Shown: positions 9,674 through 18,928 of the stretch, one piece after another
How the letters are laid out: each line of letters opens with the position of its first letter
How positions within the stretch are numbered: position 1 is the stretch's first letter
Virus record (IMG/VR): IMGVR_UViG_3300036760_001167
Span: 1-64,000 of that record
Source: a virus
Strand: one strand, 5' to 3'
Length of the DNA stretch: 64,000 bases
Made by a program: the position numbers and the translations under genes
Notes under the pieces: generated by a model
Told to the model about the DNA's origin: nothing
Seen by the model: only the letters and a program-made list of their open reading frames with translations
Database searches by the model: none

Positions 9674-10977
9674 TGGCCCGCCCCCACTCCCGGGTTCCCG
9701 CCGGCGCCGGGCAGGTTGCCCGCCGCGGCCGTGCTCTCGGCGATGGTCGGGACGCCCGCGCGCTGCACCGGCTGGTTGCCGAACCCGCGCGAGTGCGTCG
9801 GCCTGCGGCCCGCGCGGCGCGTCGTGCCGACGGACATGGTGCCCTGCGCGGTGAGCGGGATCACGAACTGGCGGAGCGGCATCTTCACGTCGACGTCGAT
9901 CGCGCCCACGTCCGCGACGACGTTCACGACGTCCATCGGCTCGAGGCACGGGACCGGCAGCGCGTCGAAGGTGACCTGCTCGACGAGCCGCAGCCCGCGG
10001 TCCAGCATCAGGGTCGCAACCTCCTGCGCGCCGCCCGGCCCGTCGACGCGCTTGATCGTCGTGTCCGTGACGTACGCCCAGACGTACCGCGGCTTGCCGT
10101 TGCGCGCGAGGGACTCTGGCGAGAGCGGGTTGTGGACCGGCGCCACCGCCGTGAACTTCACGGTCCCGCGCGCGCCCTTGTGCTCCTTCTTGCCCACGAC
10201 GGTCACCGCGTTCCAGAAGTTCGACGAGTCGACGAAGTCCACGTCGATGCTGGGCAGCGTCAGGATGTTGCCGCCGATGCCGTCGTGGAACGTGTAGACC
10301 GGCCTCGTCGGCAGCGGGCGCAGCCGCACGCGGCCGCGCGCGTCGTAGTACAGCTGGTTCTGCTTTCCCGCCAGCCGCTGGCAGACCTTCCAGACCTCGA
10401 TGCCGCGGCCGTACGACCGGACCTTGTGCAGCGCGGGCGAGTTCGCGGGGAGCGAGAACCTCGTCTCGCCCATCTCCTCGAGGAGCTCGCGGATCGCGTC
10501 GTAGTGCAGGTCGCCGACCGCGTAGTTGTGCGCGGTCCACAGGACGTTCGGGGTCTGCGAGAGGACCTCCTTGCCCATGCCCTCGAGCGTCACGACGCCG
10601 CCCGCGCGCTGGAACCGCGTCATCGGCCCGCGGAAGACGGGGCACTCGACCCAGTCGTCGAGCGCGTTGACCCAGTCCTCGCGGATCACGTGGATCTGGT
10701 GGTCGGGGTAGACCGTCGCGCGGCGCGGGGAGTCCGGGTCGATGTGGAGCGCGCCCTTGCGGTCGATCACGGTCAGGCTCAGCGTCCGCGTCACGTCCTG
10801 CGTCGCGTCGACCGTGACCGTTCCCGCCTCGACGTCGCTCGCCGGCGCGGTCAGGTGGCCGATCGCCTTGTCGTCCTGGTCGAGGATGCGCACGGTGAGC
10901 CGCATGGGGTGCGAGTAGGAGAGCGACGCGAGGTAGGCGTCGAAGTCGTCGCGGTCCTCCAGCCCGAGGTTCAGCAC
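9670..10977 (-). CDS. Minor tail protein (baseplate hub-like)
   Basis: 435 aa; GTVTVDATQDVTRTLSLTV, PVFRG, LYYDARG and ALPVPCLEPMDVV motifs typical of actinophage tail hub proteins; second gene after the tape measure gene. Confidence 0.7.
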   Translation of the reverse strand: MLNLGLEDRDDFDAYLASLSYSHPMRLTVRILDQDDKAIGHLTAPASDVEAGTVTVDATQDVTRTLSLTVIDRKGALHIDPDSPRRATVYPDHQIHVIREDWVNALDDWVECPVFRGPMTRFQRAGGVVTLEGMGKEVLSQTPNVLWTAHNYAVGDLHYDAIRELLEEMGETRFSLPANSPALHKVRSYGRGIEVWKVCQRLAGKQNQLYYDARGRVRLRPLPTRPVYTFHDGIGGNILTLPSIDVDFVDSSNFWNAVTVVGKKEHKGARGTVKFTAVAPVHNPLSPESLARNGKPRYVWAYVTDTTIKRVDGPGGAQEVATLMLDRGLRLVEQVTFDALPVPCLEPMDVVNVVADVGAIDVDVKMPLRQFVIPLTAQGTMSVGTTRRAGRRPTHSRGFGNQPVQRAGVPTIAESTAAAGNLPGAGGNPGVGAGQ

Positions 10978-10978
10978 G

Positions 10979-12898
10979 TCACGCCTCGACGTGCGTCGGG
11001 AAGGTGAACTCGCCGGTCTGGAGGTAGGGGACGGTCACGTCGTACAGCCCGCCGTTCGCGGCCTGGCTCGGCTGGATGACCACGCCGCCCGGGATCTGGA
11101 TCGGGAAGTTCTTGTTGGGGATCGCGAGGCGAAGCTCGTCGGAGCCGGCCAGCCCCTTGAAGTCCTCGAGCATCGCCGCGTACTCCTCGGCCGTGAGGCC
11201 GGACCACGGGACGAGCACGCCGGAGACGCTGCCCTCGTAGCCGCGGATGGAGTCCGTGATGAGCACCGGCGCGCGGCGCCCGATCGGCATGTGCGCGGTC
11301 GAGCTCTCGCCGATCGTCGCGCCGATGCTGCCGCGGCCTGCGATGAAGAGCATGTCCCCGCTCGACGGGCGTGTGATCCAGACGCCCCACAGGTCGGTCG
11401 TGAGCGTGTCGCTCGCGTTGCCGGTGATGACCTTGAGCTCGCCCGCGTCGAGGATGACCGGGCACATGTGGTAGATCGTCGCCTCGCCGTCGATCGCGTT
11501 CCAGTAGTCGTACTCGTAGTTGTAGGTCGCCCCGGCCGGGTCCAGCAGGTCGAGCGGGTCGATCCGCTGGTCGACGAAGACTGGGTCCGCGCCGGGCCGC
11601 GTCACGCGGAGCGCGAACCAGACGGGGTGCTCGCCGCGCGTCGCCTTGTAGTGGAACCGGAGCCTGACGTACGGCGCGTGCGGCACCGGCTGCGTCGCGT
11701 CCAGGAGGTCGACGATGTCGTCCTCGGCGCGGTGGAACCTAAACTCGGCCTGCGACTGGGAGTAGGCGAGGTCGCCGGCCGAGTGCTGCCTGTCCTCGGT
11801 GTCCCACACGCGGACGACGATGCGGTACGGGAACGCGACGCCGCCGATCGCGTCCTCCTTCTTGATCAGGTGCTTCGGGATCTCGAGCGCGGTGTCCGTC
11901 GTCGTCTTCTTGCCGCGCTTGTAGATCTGGCGCCACTCCGCGCCGATCCTGTCCCACTCCTTCAGGATGTACTCCGTCGCCTCCTGCGTCCCGGCCGAGA
12001 GCGTGTGGGTGATGTTCGGCGTGTGGGTGTGGACGTCGCCGTCCTCGGTGGGGTGCGTGATCGTCACGTCGCCCTTCGCGACCTTCTTCATGGTCGCGAC
12101 CAGCGACCAGGCGCTCGTGTTGCCGTCGTCGTCTCGCGCGCGGACGCGCCAGTAGCGCGTCGCGCCCTCCGGGACGCCGGGGTAGGCCGTCGCGTTCAGG
12201 TCGACCTGCGTCTTGCGGTCGACGACCCAGCCCGTGTCGAACGGCGTCGGGAAGGTGTCGCTCGAGTCGATCTGGACCTGGAAGGACTTCTGGTCGCTCT
12301 GGCCGCTGCGGTCCTGGAAGGCCCAGTTGAGGCGCGGCTTCGCGCGGCCGATCACGTGCCCGTCCGGGGACAGGTCGGTCGGCGCGTCCGGCGTCGTCGC
12401 GAAGCGGACCTCGAGGGTCGGCCTGCGGTGCCGCTGCGCGGTCTCGCTCGAGTGCAGGTAGAGGTCGCCGCCGGCGGAGAGCGTCAGGAAGAAGCCGTAC
12501 CAGGCCGCGCCGCCCGAGACCGTCGCGAGCATGTCGGTCACGTCGATGTCGACGGCGTCCCCGTCCGCACCGGACGAGACGGTCGCGGTGGCTCGGTCGG
12601 CCGAGTCGATGTCGGACGGCGCGTTGTTCCAGGTCAGCGTGTCCTCGCGCCAGGGCTCGTTGATCCGGTCGACCTGGATGTCCCGGCTGCCGGCCCACGC
12701 GTCGCGCAGGTAGACCGTGAGCGTCGCGGAGACGACGTTGTCGCCGTGCTTGAACGGGCGGTGGAAGAAGACGAAGGCGTCCTTCTCGTCGCCGCCGCCC
12801 GGCGCGTTCAGCGCGAGGCGCGCGTCGTCGCCGTGGTTGGACTGCGCGGCGCCCTCCGCGTCCCAGGTGTCGATCGCCGCCTTGAGCGTGACGTCCAC
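10979..12898 (-). CDS. Minor tail protein (DNRLRE-like N-domain plus Fn3/Ig-like domains)
   Basis: 639 aa; VVSATLTVY...WREDTLTWNNAP and YWRVRARD...SAWS; directly follows the tape measure gene. Confidence 0.7.
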   Translation of the reverse strand: MDVTLKAAIDTWDAEGAAQSNHGDDARLALNAPGGGDEKDAFVFFHRPFKHGDNVVSATLTVYLRDAWAGSRDIQVDRINEPWREDTLTWNNAPSDIDSADRATATVSSGADGDAVDIDVTDMLATVSGGAAWYGFFLTLSAGGDLYLHSSETAQRHRRPTLEVRFATTPDAPTDLSPDGHVIGRAKPRLNWAFQDRSGQSDQKSFQVQIDSSDTFPTPFDTGWVVDRKTQVDLNATAYPGVPEGATRYWRVRARDDDGNTSAWSLVATMKKVAKGDVTITHPTEDGDVHTHTPNITHTLSAGTQEATEYILKEWDRIGAEWRQIYKRGKKTTTDTALEIPKHLIKKEDAIGGVAFPYRIVVRVWDTEDRQHSAGDLAYSQSQAEFRFHRAEDDIVDLLDATQPVPHAPYVRLRFHYKATRGEHPVWFALRVTRPGADPVFVDQRIDPLDLLDPAGATYNYEYDYWNAIDGEATIYHMCPVILDAGELKVITGNASDTLTTDLWGVWITRPSSGDMLFIAGRGSIGATIGESSTAHMPIGRRAPVLITDSIRGYEGSVSGVLVPWSGLTAEEYAAMLEDFKGLAGSDELRLAIPNKNFPIQIPGGVVIQPSQAANGGLYDVTVPYLQTGEFTFPTHVEA

Positions 12899-12901
12899 GG
12901 G

Positions 12902-15424
12902 TCAGCCCCTCGCCATCCGCTGCACCGACTCCTGGTAGTCGCGCTCGTCGTCGACCTCGTCCTGCGCGATGGCGACCATGCGCGCGACGCCCTCGTCCCA
13001 GTTGATGTGGAGATCGCCGACCACGTGCGTCGGGCCCTTCTGCCTGCCGCCCAGCCCGGCCAGCGGCAGCACCAGCTCCGGCCCGTGCTCCCCCAGCGGC
13101 GCGACGATCGGCCCCGTGACCAGGCCGCCGAGCGCGAGGCCGTGGTGGAACAGCGCGCGGTGGCGCGGGTCGACCGAGCCGCGCGTGGGCGCGGTGCTGG
13201 GCCCGTAGTCGCCCGGCCTGCCGGATCCGCCGGGCGTGCCGCTGCCGTCCTCGGCCGTCACGCCGATGGTGAGCCGGCCGCCGCCCACGCCGCCCAGCAT
13301 GTTGATGATGTCGCGGAGCGCCTTGCCGCTCGAGTCGATCTGGGAGTGGTCGAGGTGGATGACGGTGTTGAGCTTGTCGAGCACGCCGCTCGAGTCGATC
13401 AGCTTCATGAACTGCTCGTTGGCGACGTTGAGGATCGGCAGCGAGCCGGCCTGCACCGAGTCGGCCGACGACTTGATCGCCTGCTGGAACGCCTTGAACG
13501 CCGCGGGAGACGACTGCACGACCGCGTTCAGCTCGCGGACGCTGGTGATCCCGTGGTCGGCCATGTACTGCAGGACCGCCGCGCTGCTCGTGCCGGCGCG
13601 CTGCGCGATGACCTGGACGTCCCGCGCGATCTGCGCCTGGTCGCGCGCCTCCTTGACCGCGTCCGCGAGGATGTACTGCATCGTCTGGTGGCTCTTCTTC
13701 GCGAGGTTGTCGAAGTTGGACGTGGCGCCGCTGAAGGAGGCCGCGATACTCTCGGCCCAGGACCTCATGGCCTCCTCCGTCGACTGCACGAAGTCGCCGA
13801 ACGCCTTGCCGCCGTCGGTCGCGATGGAGTCGATGGCCGCGGCCAGGCCGGCCTTGAGGGCCGTGCCGGTCACGCCCGCGGCGCCCGCGAGGAGCGCGAG
13901 GTTCTTCGACCCGATCTGCATCTGGCCCCAGAGCGCCTTGAACTTCTTGGTGACCGCCTCGACCGCGGGCTGCTGCGCCCAGATCGCGCGCGTCATGCGC
14001 TGGACCTCGGCGTCGACCTGCGCCTGGCTCTTGCCCAGGCCCATCGTGAACTTGGTGTAGTCCGCGAGGCTGATCTTCCCGTCCTCGAACAGCATGTTGA
14101 GTTCCTGCTGGAAGATCTCGGGGTGCTGGTTGATGATGGCCAGCTGCTGCATCGACATCCCCTCGAGCGCGTTGCCGAAGGCCTCCGCCGCGGGCACCCC
14201 GTTCCGGATGTCCAGGCCGACCTGGAGCATGGCGGTGTGGATGTCCGACAGGTCGGCCTCCGCGTTGTACTTCTTGATGTCGAGGGCGAGCTTCAGCTCG
14301 TACAGGATCCCGACGACGTCGGCGATCGCCCCGAAGATGACGATGAACTCGGCGGCGAGCGCGGCCGTCGTGACCATGGCGGCCACCTCCATGCCCATCA
14401 TGTCGCCGATGCTCAGCGCCAGCTCGTCGAACGTGAGCGAGGTCCCGAAGGCCGCGATGCCGGCCTTGACGATGGCGGAGCCCAGGCCCCACATCCCCTG
14501 AACGATCAGGGTCAGCGCCGAGATCACCTTCGCGGCGATGACGATGGCGAAGAACTTGATGAACACGCCGGTCACGCCGTCGACGCCGAAGACGAGGTCC
14601 TTGAAGAACGCCTTGACGGGGTTGGCGCCCTCGGCGACGTCGCGGAGGAACACGTCCAGCGCCTTGCCCAGGCGCGTGACGATCGGGATGACCTTGTTGC
14701 CGATCATGACCTCGACCGCCTGGAGGCCGATCTGCATGACCTCGAACTGCTGCATCGTCGCCTTGCTCGGCGCGACCTTGTCCCAGTCCAGGCCCAGCGC
14801 CTCGACGCCCTTGCGCAGCGCATTCCACTGGTCGAGCACCGGCGCCATGTTCATGCCGCGCGGGCCGAGCGTGGAGGCGATGAACGCCTGCTTGTCCGCG
14901 GCGTTCGCGTAGGCGGTCGCGAGGTTGTCCATGACGCCGATGAGGCCGTTGGTCTTGACGGACAGCATGTCCTGCGACAGGCCGTACGACATCAGGTTGG
15001 CGGCGCCCGCGCCGGACGACGCGCCGAGCTTCGTGAACTGCGCGTCCAGGCGGACAAGGACCTTCGCGACCATGTCGGCCGACCCACCGGTGGCGTCGAC
15101 GATGGCCTTGAACTCCGTCGCGTCGGCCTTCTGCGCGCCGAAGGTGGCGACGATGCGCTCGACCGCCTGCCCGTAGGCGACGGACTTCTTCGCGAGCATG
15201 TCCAGGCCGAGGAAGAGGATGCCGCCGCCGAGGACGCCCATGGCCGCGCTCTTGAGCTTGCTGAGGCCGCCGGTGATGTTGCCCATGGCGGCGGTCATCG
15301 ACGCCTTGATCGACGGGGCGGCCTTGGCGATTCCCGCGGTGGCGCCGGCCGCGAGGCCGGTGCCGAACGTCTCCATGTTGGGGACGACGTCGACGTACGC
15401 GACTCCGACCCTAACGCCCGCCAT
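12902..15424 (-). CDS. Tape measure protein
   Basis: 840 aa, Ala/Gly-rich helical; N-terminal VGVAYVDVVP and C-terminal LALGGLVTGP...LGEHGPELVLPL; follows the tail assembly chaperones. Confidence 0.9.
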   Translation of the reverse strand: MAGVRVGVAYVDVVPNMETFGTGLAAGATAGIAKAAPSIKASMTAAMGNITGGLSKLKSAAMGVLGGGILFLGLDMLAKKSVAYGQAVERIVATFGAQKADATEFKAIVDATGGSADMVAKVLVRLDAQFTKLGASSGAGAANLMSYGLSQDMLSVKTNGLIGVMDNLATAYANAADKQAFIASTLGPRGMNMAPVLDQWNALRKGVEALGLDWDKVAPSKATMQQFEVMQIGLQAVEVMIGNKVIPIVTRLGKALDVFLRDVAEGANPVKAFFKDLVFGVDGVTGVFIKFFAIVIAAKVISALTLIVQGMWGLGSAIVKAGIAAFGTSLTFDELALSIGDMMGMEVAAMVTTAALAAEFIVIFGAIADVVGILYELKLALDIKKYNAEADLSDIHTAMLQVGLDIRNGVPAAEAFGNALEGMSMQQLAIINQHPEIFQQELNMLFEDGKISLADYTKFTMGLGKSQAQVDAEVQRMTRAIWAQQPAVEAVTKKFKALWGQMQIGSKNLALLAGAAGVTGTALKAGLAAAIDSIATDGGKAFGDFVQSTEEAMRSWAESIAASFSGATSNFDNLAKKSHQTMQYILADAVKEARDQAQIARDVQVIAQRAGTSSAAVLQYMADHGITSVRELNAVVQSSPAAFKAFQQAIKSSADSVQAGSLPILNVANEQFMKLIDSSGVLDKLNTVIHLDHSQIDSSGKALRDIINMLGGVGGGRLTIGVTAEDGSGTPGGSGRPGDYGPSTAPTRGSVDPRHRALFHHGLALGGLVTGPIVAPLGEHGPELVLPLAGLGGRQKGPTHVVGDLHINWDEGVARMVAIAQDEVDDERDYQESVQRMARG

Positions 15425-15876
15425 CAGCTGCTCACCTCGTCACCCTTGCCCCTGCGCTTCTCCACCACGACCGCGCCTCCGAACGCGGCGGCCATCTCCT
15501 GGCTGGTCGCCATCCTCGGCGGCGGCGGCCTCGTCGCCGCTCCCGCCCACGGCCGCGTGACCTTCACGGCCGGCGGCAGGTCGTGCTCCTTCACCCCGTG
15601 AGCGCTTAGGTACAGGATGTTCGCCCAGTCCACCCGCTCGAGGATCCCTGCCAGCAGCTCCTCCTTGTTGTTCCAGTTCCAGCCCCTCGGATCCGTCGCC
15701 CTGTGGAGCGCCGAGTCCGGCGGCAGCCCCCGCACGAGCGAGATCAGCCGCCTGGCCCCGACCGGCTCTCGGCCCCAGAGGGCCTCGCGCAGGTCGATGC
15801 CGTACTCGTGCAGGAGGGCGGCCTCGAGCGGCTCGTAGCTCTGGTTCACGAGTCGGACGAGGCCGGTGATTCCCCC
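15424..15876 (-). CDS. Tail assembly chaperone, -1 frameshift extension (gpT-like)
   Basis: The -1 frame reads GITGLVRLVNQSYEPLEAALLHEYGIDL...LPPDSAL; slippery GGGGGAA at 15876-15870. Confidence 0.8.
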   Translation of the reverse strand, partial: GGITGLVRLVNQSYEPLEAALLHEYGIDLREALWGREPVGARRLISLVRGLPPDSALHRATDPRGWNWNNKEELLAGILERVDWANILYLSAHGVKEHDLPPAVKVTRPWAGAATRPPPPRMATSQEMAAAFGGAVVVEKRRGKGDEVSS

Positions 15877-16253
15877 TGGATCAGCCCGTACAGGACGAGG
15901 ACCTCGTTCATCATCGCCGCGACGTCGTCGACCGCGGGCCGCAGCGCCTTGAACCGCGCGAGGTTCTCCTCGCCGAGGAGCGCCCCGAGCGTGTCGTCGA
16001 GCGGCCTGCTGAACCCGAAGCCCGCGCTGTCGATCACCTCGGACATCAGCTCGAGGAGGTCGTACGGCAGCTCCCGCGGCAGCTCGAAGGTCTCGCCCCC
16101 GAACAGCACCGTCGGCGTCTTCCGCTTGCCCTCGAGCCGCGCGGCCTTCTTCTTGTCCAGGTCGATGACGCCCTCGGCCTCCGCCCTCGCGGCGGCCTGC
16201 TCCTCGGGCGTCGGCCCATCCGGTCGCGGCACTACCTTGTCCTCGTCGGCCAT
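15846..16253 (-). CDS. Tail assembly chaperone (gpG-like)
   Basis: 135 aa between the major tail and tape measure genes, with a slippery site near its 3' end. Confidence 0.8.
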   Translation of the reverse strand: MADEDKVVPRPDGPTPEEQAAARAEAEGVIDLDKKKAARLEGKRKTPTVLFGGETFELPRELPYDLLELMSEVIDSAGFGFSRPLDDTLGALLGEENLARFKALRPAVDDVAAMMNEVLVLYGLIQGESPASSDS

Positions 16254-16313
16254 CTACCTTCCCTCCGTTCGTTCCGGTTGACCTGCCCGTTCTCGTTCTG
16301 GGACGCGGCCTCG

Positions 16314-16895
16314 TTAGGAGGCCGAGTCCTCGGCGAACGCGGGGTCGTCCGTGAAGAGCGTGTAGATGTCCTCGGTCCCGTCGTTGGTCGCGGAGAAGGT
16401 GATCGGCAGGTCCGACGGCGCCGTGCGCGCCAGCGTGGTCTGCGTGTTGCTGGTCACCATCCCGACCGGGACGTAGAGGCGGTAGTGCTTGTCGCCGTCC
16501 TGCCACTCGAGCACCATCGACCGCTCGTCGATGTCCTCGGGGTCCGGCGGCGAGTAGCTGAACTCCCCGCCTCCCAGGTCGGTGATGTCGCCGCCGCCGA
16601 ACGCGAGGCGGACGGTGTTCCCGTTCCACTCGCGGGCCGCGAAGGCCAGCTCGAGGTTGCGAGCCGTGATCCTGCGCGCGATCACGAACAGGCTCTGCCA
16701 GGCCATGACCTCGAGGACCGTCTTGGTGTCCGTGAAGTTGGCGCCGGCCTCGGAGACGAACCCGAGGTCCTGCCAGCCGCTGTCGACGGACTCCATGTCC
16801 GTGCTGACGTCGCTGGGGGCGGTCACGTCGGTCTCGCCCACCCAGAGGGCGCCGTTGGCGCCGATCACGACGTTCGCTGCATCGTTGGTCGTCAT
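16314..16895 (-). CDS. Major tail (tube) protein
   Basis: 193 aa; WQDLGFVSEAG...VMAWQS motif of actinophage tail tube proteins. Confidence 0.85.
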   Translation of the reverse strand: MTTNDAANVVIGANGALWVGETDVTAPSDVSTDMESVDSGWQDLGFVSEAGANFTDTKTVLEVMAWQSLFVIARRITARNLELAFAAREWNGNTVRLAFGGGDITDLGGGEFSYSPPDPEDIDERSMVLEWQDGDKHYRLYVPVGMVTSNTQTTLARTAPSDLPITFSATNDGTEDIYTLFTDDPAFAEDSAS

Positions 16896-17057
16896 GCTGC
16901 TCCTCCTGCGGCTCGGACGCCGCGCTCAGTTCGGGTCCCCTCGGACGGTTCCCCGGCCTACGCGCTAATCCTACACCGCGTCGGGCCGGACCCTAGCGGT
17001 GCCCGATGTTGAGCCATGACGCAACAACCCGCACCGCTGGGAAGCTAGTCGGAGCGG

Positions 17058-17474
17058 TTATGAGCTGGACGGCGCGCCGTGGAGCGCGACGAGCAGCGAG
17101 AGCACGTAGCGGTCCTTGCCCGTGTCCGGGTCGGGGAGGAACGTGAGGCCCAGCGCGTCGTCCACTGCGGTGATGAAGGCGTCGACCGGGTCGTGCACCG
17201 TCGTCCCCTCGAGGGCCATGACCGCCACGCGCGCGGCCTGCGCGATGTCGTGCGCGACGGTCGAGCTCACGGCCCAGCAGTCGAGCTGGATCCTGGCCTG
17301 GTCGAGGTGGTGCCGCTCGAGGGGCTGCCCGCCCAGGCGCGTCACCACGACGTAGTTGTCCGGCGGGTCCTTGGGCACGCTGGAGTACGCGCCGTCCAGG
17401 TCGGTGATGCCCGCGTTCCTGATCGCGTACGCGATCACGGCCTCGCAGTCCGGGAACTCCTCGAAGAGCGTCAC
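17058..17474 (-). CDS. Tail terminator
   Basis: 138 aa; VVVTRLGG...LDQARIQLDCWA...PDPDTGKDRY; synteny. Confidence 0.8.
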   Translation of the reverse strand: MTLFEEFPDCEAVIAYAIRNAGITDLDGAYSSVPKDPPDNYVVVTRLGGQPLERHHLDQARIQLDCWAVSSTVAHDIAQAARVAVMALEGTTVHDPVDAFITAVDDALGLTFLPDPDTGKDRYVLSLLVALHGAPSSS

Positions 17475-17836
17475 TTGTCGATCACCGTCAGCCCCGCCGC
17501 CTCGGCCCCGCGGCGCAGCGGCGCGAGCGCCCGCATGTTGACGGTCCCGAACTCGAGCCAGTGCGCCGTGAACTTGTTCGCGTTGACGCGCGCGACCGCG
17601 TGCGGGCCGGGCAGCCCGGCGATGGGCGTGTCGTCGATCCCGACGTCGACCGTGACCTGGTCGTGGTAGTGGCCCCAGCGCGCGTCCGAGCCGGTGTCCT
17701 CGCCGATCGGCACGAGCTCGCGGGTGCGCATCGCGGCCTCCTGCGCGAACACGTCCATGGACTCGACCATGCCGGGGGCCTCCGCGAGGATCGCGATGCC
17801 CTCGGGGTCGGGGACGAAGATCACCTTGCCGGCCAT
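17471..17836 (-). CDS. HK97 gp10-like neck protein
   Basis: Start MAGKVIF; AHWLEFGT...APLRRG motif. Confidence 0.75.
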   Translation of the reverse strand: MAGKVIFVPDPEGIAILAEAPGMVESMDVFAQEAAMRTRELVPIGEDTGSDARWGHYHDQVTVDVGIDDTPIAGLPGPHAVARVNANKFTAHWLEFGTVNMRALAPLRRGAEAAGLTVIDK

Positions 17837-18177
17837 CAGACTCCCTCGATCCGTTCCATCATGAGCTCGACGTGGTGCGGGCCGCTGCGGCCGTCTAGCG
17901 TGTCGGGCCCGCCGACGACGCGGTGCCTGCGGCCCTCCCACTCGACGACTGAGGTTGCGGTCACGGTCACGTCCCGGGGAAGGAACACGCGGTAGGTGGT
18001 GAAGCGTGCGTCCCGCCTCGCGTCGTCCACCTCTGTCGCGGTCGTCAGCTCCACGCGCGCGGGGCTGCTGACGCCGGTGCCATCCGAGAAGACCTCGTTC
18101 CCGCGGCGGTCCGTGCTGCCGCTCGTCGGGTTGTAGATCGTCACGGTGTGGATGAGGAGGCTCGTGAACCGCGCCAC
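17836..18177 (-). CDS. Head-to-tail stopper/head closure protein
   Basis: 113 aa; LLIHTVTI...DRRGN...VEWEG...PHHVE; synteny. Confidence 0.8.
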   Translation of the reverse strand: MARFTSLLIHTVTIYNPTSGSTDRRGNEVFSDGTGVSSPARVELTTATEVDDARRDARFTTYRVFLPRDVTVTATSVVEWEGRRHRVVGGPDTLDGRSGPHHVELMMERIEGV

Positions 18178-18178
18178 G

Positions 18179-18796
18179 TTAGGGGACCCGCTTCGCCTTG
18201 TACTGCTCCAGGATCATCTTCTCGCCCTTGAGCATGACCGCGGCCAGCAGCACGGCCTCGGAGGCCGCGTTGGTGTACGCGTAGTTGCCGATCGTCTCGC
18301 CGGCCACGTCCGAGGCGAACTCGCCGCCGTCGTTGTACGCGCGGCGCGCGATGCCGAGCGTGACGAGGACGATGTCGGCCGGGACCTGGAACTCAGGGTC
18401 GCCCCCGCTCGAGGAGGTCTCGTCGCCGACGTCCCAGCCGTGGTCGTACTTCACGGCGACGTTGCCGCGGCCGAACTGCCAGACGCTGCCCCAGGTCGAG
18501 CCGCCGGACCGCTTGAAGAGCATGCCATCGCGGAGGAGCAGCGTGGACGGCTCGATGCTCGAGCCGTCGACGGACACGGTCGAGACCTTGCGGACCGGCT
18601 GCTCCGGCAGGAGGAGCGAGTCCTTGCCCCTGCCGTCGAGCTCCACCTCGTCGTCCGCGTGGAACGTGATCTCCTGCCCGAGGAACTTCCGGACTGAGGC
18701 CATCGCCGCGTTCAGCGAGAGCGTCGCGAGGTCGTCGTCGACCAGCGTCTCCATGAAGATCTCGAGCTCGTCCTGCGTCACGTACGGTTCCGGCAT
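18179..18796 (-). CDS. Head-to-tail adaptor
   Basis: 205 aa; LLLPEQPV, VKYDHGW, VPADI and ETIGNYAY motifs. Confidence 0.8.
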   Translation of the reverse strand: MPEPYVTQDELEIFMETLVDDDLATLSLNAAMASVRKFLGQEITFHADDEVELDGRGKDSLLLPEQPVRKVSTVSVDGSSIEPSTLLLRDGMLFKRSGGSTWGSVWQFGRGNVAVKYDHGWDVGDETSSSGGDPEFQVPADIVLVTLGIARRAYNDGGEFASDVAGETIGNYAYTNAASEAVLLAAVMLKGEKMILEQYKAKRVP

Positions 18797-18928
18797 CCTG
18801 GGCTCCTCGTGCTCCTAGCTGCATCTTACCCCAGGAGGCCCCTGCGCCCGGAACGGGCGCCGGTGCCGGGTTGCCGCCGCCGAGCACGAAACGGGCCCAC
18901 GGAGGCCGTGGGAGGCCGCGCGGGCCCC

